Assembly (NCBI GenBank): GCA_963645885.1
Contig: CAVIUL010000001.1
Span: 22,265 to 60,643, forward strand
DNA: 38,379 bases
Direction of reading: 5' to 3'
Source: a bacterium
Lineage (GTDB): Bacteria; Bacillota_I; Bacilli_A; RF39; UBA660
Shown here in pieces: positions 1-8,106 of this stretch. The stretch's first letter is position 1; each line of letters begins with the position of its first letter. The notes beneath the pieces are model-generated. The model ran no database searches, had not been told where the DNA came from, and was given only the letters and a program-made list of their open reading frames with translations. The position numbers and the translations under genes were made by a program.

Positions 1-3000
1 AATTAGAGTTTAAATCTTGAAAATGCAAAAGGTGTTGTTTGTTTAGATTATGAAGTAACTGGTAATGAATCTAAATAGCAAATATTTGGAATTGGTATTA
101 AAACAAAAAAACAAGTTATTGATTATCTTTATAATAAATTGCATATTAAAGGATTTTTCTTTGTAAGACAAAAGAGAATTCCAACAATTCTTTGTCAAGC
201 TTATACTATTGGTATAGATCCTCAAAGTAGAACTCCTATTTTACCAATAAGTACTAATTAGTTTGTTGCTGAAAGAATACTTAATGATGATAGACGACTT
301 CTTCATGATTTTACAAGTAGACTTTATAAAGATTTTAAATATAATCTAGTAAGAAAAGAAGGAGCTATATGTCCTGAATATGATATAGATACTCCTTATT
401 ATAATTCTATATTTACTGGAACTGAATTTCCTGTATATGAAGCTGATTTTTAGTCACCTAATAATTATTTATCTAATATGGGAGATAGACATTATTTTTC
501 AATAGGAACATCAAAACGTGAAAATGATGCTCCTTATGTTACTAAAATCATAGGAGTTGAAGATAATGTCAAATTAGTAAATATAGGTAATAAATTGTTT
601 GCAGCTAGAGCGGGTGAAGCAGAAGAAGCATTTAGATTTGAATACCTAAGTGAAAAAACAGAAAAAACAGAAGCAAATAATATAATAAGAGGTTCTTTTG
701 GACCATATTTAGGTATTACTGGTTATCCTTACTGTGGAAAAATTATAGATATAAAAATACCAGGATTTAATCATTTATCACAATCTGAAGTTTTTAAAAT
801 CAGATATAATGATAAATCTCCATTTTATGCTATATCAGAAAGAATTGCTATTAAAGATATTAGTAATTATTTTAGTGGTTTTCTAAATGAATTAGATAAT
901 GAAGACAAAGATGTATATTTAGAAAATTCTTTATATAGAGGAGATTGTTATATTTGTCAGTTTACACATAGATTAAATCGTAATTTCCAAGATCCTTCAT
1001 CTCCTGCAAATGATAAGATTGTTGACCCTAAATGTTGGTCTGATAATTTTGAATATGCTGATGGAGTTCTTAAAAAAGATAAATTTGATAGTATTAACTT
1101 AGGTGATGTTAATGCTATACAAATGGGAATGTGGGTTACATTTACAGTAAGATCTACTAACAATTTATGTATTCGGGCTATAGATGAATCTAATACAGAT
1201 GAATAGGGAATGTTTGGTAATTACAGAACATTTTATCCTTATGGACCTATGTCAGCAGAAGGTGCATACAAAATACCTGAAGCTTTATGTGTTAATAAAG
1301 GATTTAGTAAATCAGTATCTGAAAGAGTTAATTTTGAGGTACCTGATGTTCCTGCAATTAAAAATGATTTTACAAACAGAATAGCTTATTCAGATATTCA
1401 TGTTAATGATGCTTTTAAAAATGGATATAGAGTATTTAAAGGAACTCATTATAGAGATTATCCAAAAACATACGGTTCAATTACAAAATTAATAGAATTA
1501 CAAGGTAACTTAGTTTGTGTATTTGAACATGGTGTTGCTTTAATACCTGTTAATGAAAGAGCTGTTGCAGGAGAAGGAAGTGGAGGTAATATTTATATTA
1601 ATACATCTAATGTACTTCCTGAAAATCCAAAAATCATATCTGATACTTTTGGTAGCCAATGGAGAGATTCAGTTATAAAAACTCCTAGAGGAATATATGG
1701 AGTTGATACTATTGGTAAAAAGATATGGAGAACTAATGGATAGGATTTTGAATGTATTTCAGATTTTAAAATCCAAGAGTTCTTAAATTTAAATATTTCA
1801 CTTACAGAAAGAGAATTAGACCCTATTATAGGAGTTCGTAACGTAAAAACTCATTATAATAAGTTTAAACATGATGTAATGTTTACATTCTATGATAATC
1901 TTCATGGATTTGAAGAAAAAGTATGGAATGTTTGTTTCAACGAGTTAATGCAAAAATGGATTACTTTTTACAGTTGGGTTCCTAGTTACTCTGAAAATAT
2001 ATATAATTAGTATTTCAGTTTTGATAGAAATACATCAAAATGGATTACAAAGTTAGGAATAAGTAAAACAGATTCTGATTTTGCAGATGGAGTTACTTTA
2101 AGTAATAATATTATTCCTAATGATGCTAAAGCTGGAGATGTAGTTGGGTATTTATCATTATCTAATAGAACTATACCTTCAGGAGATGGAGTAAGCTATG
2201 ATATAAGTTACTCATTAGAAAGAGATAACTTTAGAAATGATAAATATTTTAGAATAGATAAAGTTTCCAAAGGAAATTCTATTTATGATAAAAATGAAGA
2301 TGGAACTACAAAATGGGCATTGTATTTAAAAGTAGATGCTACAGAATTATGTTCTGAACTTTATGTAAGAGGTAAAAAAACTATTGAATCTGGAAAAGTT
2401 GATTATGAAAAATTAATTGAAGAAATTAATGATAATACTAAACCAACTTGGATAGAACACTGTGTTAAAAATTCAGAATATGTTGTTTGTAAAGATGAAA
2501 GAGGAAGAAGAATAAATTTAGAAAAGAAATACAATTATAGTACATTAGTTAAACTTCTTAATATTAAAGCCACAATTTTAACTACAATTGATAGGACAGA
2601 TGTTCCTTTAGCAGAAGCTTATACTACAGGTATTACAAACCAATAGTATGTAGAATCTGGATATTATGAATCAGTAATAGCTGTATCTCCTAAATATAAT
2701 CTTTAGTTCTTAACTACTGATTTCTGGAAACATGGACAAGCAGGTATTATTGATTGTGCAGATACTATTAATCCTACTTATTGGTATGGTAGACAACATC
2801 CTTTTGAATTTGAATTTGTTGTTGCTGATAACCCACAATTACATAAAATTTTTGATAATTTAGAAATCATAAGTAATAACGCAGAACCTGAATCATTCCA
2901 TTATGAAATAGTTGGTGATTGCTATAGTTTTGCTAAAGATAAAAAAAATATGTATATTCGTTAGGAAGCAACTAAAGAATTATATCAATATAATGGATGT

Positions 3001-3675
3001 GATATTCTTTATGATACTAATTATATTGATTAGAATAAAGAAGTACATAGACCTATAGAAGGTAAATTAGATTCAGATGGAAAACAAGTATACGATAAAT
3101 CTACTATATTCCCTCTCTATTATTCAAGAGAAGATACTTTTAATGAAATTGAAGATTCTTATAAAGAAATGACAGCAGCTAACAAAGATTATGAATCTTT
3201 AGCTGGAGCTGAAATTGTTAAATATAATAATCTACAAGAATATCGTATTTGGAATCATGCTAAAGCTGCTGATATTACAAAAGTGGGAAGAATGTAGGGT
3301 AATATGCAATATAAAGAGGATAAATGGGATGTTCAAATTAATCCAATTAATATTGTAGAACGTAACGAAAAAGAATGGGGAACAGAAGATAGTACAGGAG
3401 GAACAGATTTAAATCCTAATAAAATACCTATTGTTTTATAGACTAATAGTATTCCTTCTGAGGTTTGTGATAAAATTCAAAGAGAAGGTACTGATATTCC
3501 TAAAAATTCTGAGGATAGAGCTATATATTCATGGGAGGTTGCAGGATTTAACGATTCTTCTAATAGTTCTGTCAAAGTAAAAGATAAATGGGTAAAGATT
3601 AGGATAAGATACTCTGGTGAAAAATTAGCAATTATCACTGCAATACGAACATTTTATAGTGGAAGTTATTCATAA
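1..3675 (+). CDS. Large virion/tail-associated structural protein, 5' partial (>=1,224 aa), TAG-recoded
   Basis: Frame 1 is open from base 1 to TAA at 3673-3675, apart from 13 in-frame TAGs. ORF-track fragments 478-1206, 1210-1743 and 2320-2646 all lie in this frame. The position directly upstream of cargo-like genes suggests a tail or muzzle-type protein, but I recognised no diagnostic motif. Confidence 0.8.
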
Positions 3676-6152
3676 TGTGGTATTTAAAAAAACAAAAACC
3701 TTTAAAATGCCAAATGTTTGGCACTAATGCTAGTAGTTTCTCTCTCAATAAAAATTTCTAGATGCCTAGTTTAACTTCTTCGCCACTTGCTACGTTACTA
3801 GGACAAACTCCTGAAACTAAACCAGATTTTTTTAATTTTAATGCAAATATACAAAATTCTCAAAATTAGACTAATTCTACAATAATTAATCCTGTTAAAT
3901 CTTTTACTGATACGGGTAGTAAAATAGTAAATGATTCTGCTTTAACATTAGGTTCTACATTAAGTCAATCTTCGGATACACTTACTAAAATATAGGGTCA
4001 ATAGATAAAAAATGATGCTATAACAGACTCTACAGGAGAGAGATTTAAATCAACAGGAGGTACTGATATTAAAGATATTGGTACTAAAAACAAATTTAGT
4101 GTTTCTGATGGTCTTAATTCTGGTTTTTCTGCATTAGGAAAAATAGGAGAAAAAGTAGGAGGTACTGCAGGACAAATAATGTCAGGTGTTAGTAATGTTG
4201 GTTCTAGTGTTATTAATTTAACAAAGACAGCAAAAGCTGCTGGAGGATTTAAAAATTTGTCTGGACTTGCTAAAGGAAATGCTGTTGCAGGTATTGCAGG
4301 AGCTGCTGCTGATATGATCGGCAGTTTTATGCCTCAAAAAACTGAATATGATGGACCTAAAGGCGATATTACATAGACAATGGATAGTGTTTATGATGGT
4401 ATAGCTGATGCTGCAATGTCTATGCCTGGACCAGGTATGATGATCGGTGGTATTATGAAAGCAGGATCTCTTTTAGGAAAAGGAATGAATGCTTTAGGAG
4501 GCGGTACCGATGGAATGTGTGTTTGTGCTGGAACAAAAGTCTTTAAAGCAAATGGAGAGATAATTAATGTAGAAGACTTAAAGAAAGAAGATGGCATTCT
4601 TGGTTGGGATGGTAAATAGGTGGTTCCACAATTAATACACGACTTTATAGAACCTAGACAAAAGAAATGTGTAGAAATTGTATTAAAGAATGGATATTCT
4701 ATTAAATGTAGTATTGACCACCCTATTTTAATAGATAATTCAAAAACTTGGGAATTTAAAAGAGCTGATAAATTAAAAATAGGAGACCTTGTAGGACTTG
4801 CTAATAATATAGATTATTGGGGAAATATTAATGTTCCCGAAGCTTATAATATAGGCAAAGAAGGTATTTTTAAAAATATCAAAAACTTTGATAAAGTTTC
4901 AATTTGTAATCTTTTAGCAGGAATATTTGATGTAAATGGTGATATATCTGTAAATAAGGGAAATTATTCTATAACTTTATATTCTTCTCTTTTAGAAGAA
5001 ATTGCAATACAATTTCATAAATTAGGAATATTTTCTATTATTAAAACAGATAAACATTATCTAAAAATACAAGATATTCCTTCTATTATTAAATTCTATG
5101 AGTTAATTCCTTTAAACGTATCTGATAAAAAAGAATAGCTTAAGAAAATATACAATACATTAAAAGACAAGGAAACCTTTAACCAATCTGAAGCTACTCA
5201 ATGTGAAATAGTATCTATAACACCTATTGGTATACAAACTGTGTATAATCTACAAGCTGATTATAATCACACTTATTTAGCTAATTGTATTATTACACAC
5301 AATACTTCTACAGACGCAATTTTAGGTAGTTCTTTCCTTAGCTTAACACCTATGGGACTAATAAATGGTTTTGGTGGTAAGAAAGCTGATACTATTACTA
5401 AAAACACTGATGCTTTTGAAACTGTAGGTGGTTCCTATTCTGGAGCTAATGCAAAAGTTGATGATGCACTTACTAAGAGTGGTAAAAAATATGGTTTATT
5501 TAGTAGTGGTGCAAGACAAGAAGCTAATCGTGAAATCGCAGAAGCAAAAAGGCAACAAAAAGTTGTATCTGAAATTGCTGATTAGAGTAGAGTAAATACA
5601 ACTTTACAACAATCTATGTCTGCAATTAATGCTAATAGACGAAAATTAGCATTAGAAGGTGGTTACGATTAGGCATCTATACGAGCTGGTAAACAAGGTA
5701 TGAGCATTGAACATACACCTACATAGATTGAATTAATCTCTCCTGTTTCTAAATTTAAAGAAGGAGGATCAGTTAATGTATTACCTGTAGGAGCTTTGCA
5801 TGCTCGTAAACATCATATGGATGTTGAAGGTATTACTGAGAAAGGTATTCCTGTTATAGATAATCGTGGTGAACAATAGGCAGAAATTGAGCATTCTGAA
5901 ATAATATTTAGACTAGAAGTAACTCAAAAATTAGAAGAATTAGAAAAGAAATATAGTGAATCTAATGATGATAAATATGCTTTAGAAGCAGGAGAACTTT
6001 TAGTAGAAGAAATATTGCATAATACAGATGATAAAACTGGTCTTATTAGTACTCTTAAACAAGGTGGAGTTATTAATTCTAAAACTACTATAGTTCAATC
6101 AGATATAGATAAAATGGTTAAACAAGCACTTATTAATATATTAACATAGTAA
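3675..6152 (+). CDS. Gly/Ala-rich protein (825 aa precursor, ~563 aa after splicing) carrying an intein; possible internal/ejection (cargo) protein
   Basis: The ATG at 3675 overlaps the upstream TAA (TAATG). Frame 3 is open to TAA at 6150-6152, with 12 in-frame TAGs. Track ORFs 4179, 4380, 4620 and 5241 share this frame. The N-terminal half has hydrophobic Gly/Ala-rich stretches (AVAGIAGAAADMIGS, GPGMMIGGIMKAGSLLG). The function of the extein is unknown. Confidence 0.8.
4518..5303 (+). mobile_element. Class-1 intein (262 aa) with a reduced LAGLIDADG-type homing endonuclease insert
   Basis: Block A is CVCAGTKVFKANGEIINVEDL, starting at Cys codon 4518. Block B is SIKCSIDHPILI (S-x-x-H). There is one clear LAGLIDADG motif, LLAGIFDVNGDIS. 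Blocks F/G are VYNLQADYNHTYLANCIITHN, ending at Asn codon 5301-5303 and followed by the +1 nucleophile Thr (5304-5306). The intein contains two in-frame TAGs (4617, 5136). Confidence 0.85.
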
Positions 6153-7036
6153 TGAAACAAAGTCAAGCTTTAATGTATAATATACCTATTTTTAATATAG
6201 GAGGTATACTTGCTAAAATAGCAAAATCAGCTAAAAACATACAAGGACAAGCTAATTTAGTAGGAAAAACAAAAAATCCAGAATTATTTAATCTGTTAAG
6301 CAAGTTAGCAAAAAGTTAGAAAGGTGGAACAAAACTTACAGAAAAAGAATCTAAAAAGTTAGTAACATTAGTTCAAAACTATAGAAGAAAGAATGTGCAT
6401 TACCAAGCACGAAGAAAAAAGTTTAATGAAGCTTTATCTGAACGAGCAGCTGCAGAACGAGCAGCTGCAGAACGAGCAGCAACTGAAGCTGCAGCAACTG
6501 AAGCTGCAGCAACTGAAGCTGCAGCAACTGAAGCTACTGGAACTACTGCAGCAACTACAGCCGCAGAACGAGCAGCTACTGCAGCACGAGCAGCTACATC
6601 TGCAGCTCAAGGAAGACTTGCTAAAGCTTGGGGAGTTGTTAAAAGACACCCTTGGATTACAGGAGGTGCTCTTTTAGGATTAAGTAATGGTTCTGTTAGA
6701 CAGGGTATTGGAGCAGGATTAAGTTATTGGACAACTCCAGTTAGTCAACGGGATTAGATTGGAACGCAATCTCCAACTGGATCTCAAATGCAAATAAGAT
6801 TAAATGATGGTTCAATTGTACCAGTAACAATGGGAGATGATGGAATTTTAACATTTGGTTCTACAACGGAAACTGAAGGATCAGATCCTACCGCAGACGC
6901 TATTGCTCAAGCTATCGCTGAAGCTAATGGTGCAGCTAGTACTGGTGCAGCTAGTACTCAAGCTCCATCTCTTGGTTCTTTTGCAACCAATGAAGAATTG
7001 AATGATGTCTTTGAAGATGACGCATGGGATCAGTAA
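6152..7036 (+). CDS. Ala/Glu/Thr-repeat protein with a central hydrophobic segment (294 aa), function unknown
   Basis: The ATG at 6152 overlaps the upstream TAA (TAATG). Frame 2 is open to TAA at 7034-7036, with 2 in-frame TAGs (6318, 6755). Track ORFs 6395-6757 and 6788-7036 share this frame. It contains the repeat AAERAAAERAATEAAATEAAATEAAATEA and the TM-like segment HPWITGGALLGLSNG. Confidence 0.75.
6440..6541 (+). repeat. In-frame 15-bp tandem repeats (gaacgagcagctgca x2-3, then actgaagctgcagca x3-4)
   Basis: Direct reading shows units at 6440, 6455, 6470 (12 bp), 6482, 6497, 6512 and 6527. Degenerate related units continue to about 6600. The repeats encode AAER/AATE pentapeptides. Confidence 0.9.
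6929..6958 (+). repeat. Perfect 15-bp direct duplication ggtgcagctagtact x2 (GAAST GAAST)
   Basis: Read directly: copies at 6929-6943 and 6944-6958, in frame within the 6152-7036 CDS. Confidence 0.85.
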
Positions 7037-7614
7037 TTATAAATAATAAAGAATATAAAGTAAAAGAAGCTAAAACTGAAGAAGAAAAACGCAAAGGATT
7101 ACAAGGAGTAGAAGAGCTTCCTGAAAATGAAGGAATGCTCTTTTACTTTGATCCTGATGAGGAAATTACTATGTGGATGGATAAAACTAAAATACCTCTT
7201 GATATTATTTTTATAAATGAAGATTATGAGGTAACTAAAGTTCATCATGGTATTCCTAATGATAAAACCCAAATATCATCTCCTGAAACTGCTTATGTTT
7301 TAGAAGTAAATCAAAATTCAGGTATTAAAGTTGGAGATGAGGTTGATTTTGATGATAATGATAAACCTCCAATTATGAAAGTTTTGGCTCCAGATGGTAG
7401 TACTTAGATGGAATTATGGGGTGGAGAACGTATAGTTAGTAGACGTGAAACCAAAATCCTCATAAAAAAAGCAAAAGCTGCAGAATTAGTAAAAGATACT
7501 CCTAAATATAAAAATAAATGTATTTCATTAGGTAAATATATGTTTAAAGTATTACGAGGTTAGGATAATAGACCTAATGAATATGTAGAAAATAAAAATG
7601 CTAAAACCGAATAA
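7024..7614 (+). CDS. DUF192 (COG1430-like) domain protein with a basic C-terminal tail (196 aa)
   Basis: The ATG at 7024 overlaps the upstream gene by 13 nt. Frame 1 is open to TAATAA at 7612-7617, with 2 in-frame TAGs (7405, 7561). The sequence KRKGLQGVEELPENEGMLFYF...ITMWMDKTKIPLDIIFINEDYEV...AYVLEVNQNSGIKVGDEV matches the DUF192 pattern as I remember it (GLm..l....GmlF, fwM.nt..pLDiiF, yvLE...G...i..Gd.v). Confidence 0.8.
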
Positions 7615-7618
7615 TAAG

Positions 7619-7650
7619 TTTGGATTAATATAAAATATAGGTTATTTTTG
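7619..7650 (+). promoter_or_regulatory. Bacteroides-type promoter: TTTG (-33-like, 7619-7622) and TATTTTTG (-7 TAnnTTTG, 7643-7650)
   Basis: Both consensus elements of the Bacteroides/Bacteroidota primary-sigma promoter are present, separated by 20 nt, in the only sizeable intergenic gap (7618-7683). They lie about 34 nt upstream of the ATG at 7684. No Shine-Dalgarno-like tract is present. Confidence 0.55.
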
Positions 7651-7683
7651 TACATAATATTAACAATTTAATTATATATAATT

Positions 7684-8046
7684 ATGAATATTACTTATAA
7701 AAACGCAGTAAAAAACGTAAAGAAATTTCAACAAGGTGGCCCAATGGGTCCAGAAGGTGCTCCTGCAGAAGGTGCTCCAGAAGGAGGTGAAATGCCAGCA
7801 GAGGGCGCACCTGAAGGTGGTGCTCCAGAAGGTGCTCCAGAAGGCGGTGGTGAGGATCCAATTGCTCAGTTAGTGCAAATCTTCGCACAAGGACTTCAAA
7901 ATCAAGATTGTCAGATGCTTGCACAGGGTGCACAAATGTTTATGGAACTCGCTCAACAAATGCAGGGCGGTGGTGGTCAACCAGCACCAGAAGGTCAGCC
8001 TGTATTTAGAAAGGGTGGTAAACTTGCATACAGAATTAAATATTAA
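7684..8046 (+). CDS. Small acidic PEGA-repeat / Gln-Met-rich protein (120 aa), TAG-free, function unknown
   Basis: This is an intact ATG-to-TAA ORF in the standard code. It is visibly GC-richer than its flanks. All 15 Gln codons are CAA or CAG, and 5 are CAG, which is rare elsewhere in the window. A promoter lies upstream and a terminator downstream. Confidence 0.85.
   Translation: MNITYKNAVKNVKKFQQGGPMGPEGAPAEGAPEGGEMPAEGAPEGGAPEGAPEGGGEDPIAQLVQIFAQGLQNQDCQMLAQGAQMFMELAQQMQGGGGQPAPEGQPVFRKGGKLAYRIKY
7750..7851 (+). repeat. Imperfect in-frame repeats of ccagaaggtgctcc-type units encoding (P/A)EG(A/G) repeats
   Basis: Read directly: PEGAPAEGAPEGGEMPAEGAPEGGAPEGAPEGGG. Confidence 0.7.
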
Positions 8047-8061
8047 TTATTAATACTCATT

Positions 8062-8101
8062 AAGAGGAAGTGGAGATACACAACTCCTCTTCCTCTTTTT
8101 T
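8062..8101 (+). terminator. Rho-independent terminator
   Basis: A 14-bp stem, AAGAGGAAGTGGAG (8062-8075) pairing with CTCCTCTTCCTCTT (8084-8097), has one mismatch. The loop is 8 nt (ATACACAA). The stem runs into a T-tract ending at 8101 and starts 16 nt after the TAA at 8044-8046. Confidence 0.75.
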
Positions 8102-8106
8102 CATAT

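Noticed and set aside
5790-5819. GALHARKHHM, with His-rich spacing reminiscent of HNH or metal-binding nuclease/peptidase motifs, in the intein-host protein.
   Set aside because: It is too short, and I could not place flanking conserved residues for HNH or M23. I therefore make no enzymatic call.
6440-6541. Possible CRISPR-like array, given the regularly spaced identical 15-bp units.
   Set aside because: The units are directly adjacent with no spacers, much shorter than CRISPR repeats, in frame, and inside a coding region.
6393-6677. Alternative-frame ORFs across the 15-bp repeats (6393-6677 plus strand, 6434-6649 minus strand), plus other off-frame plus-strand ORFs (1184-1384, 9545-9727, 27521-27721).
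   Set aside because: These are open only because of the repeat or AT-rich composition. They are out of frame with the long continuous reading frames that carry recognisable motifs.
7684-8046. The absence of TAG in the small gene could be a trivial consequence of its short length.
   Set aside because: I partly accept the caveat: only about 1-2 TAGs would be expected from average codon density. However, the protein has 15 Gln codons with unusual CAG use, a private promoter and terminator, and atypical GC. I therefore kept it as a finding rather than dismissing it.
7615-8106. Search for a suppressor tRNA or other small RNA gene in the non-coding gaps (7618-7683, 8047-8106, 38258-38325).
   Set aside because: Each gap is shorter than a tRNA or is fully accounted for by a promoter, terminator or hairpin. 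I could not fold any cloverleaf. The suppressor tRNA, if it exists, must lie outside this window.
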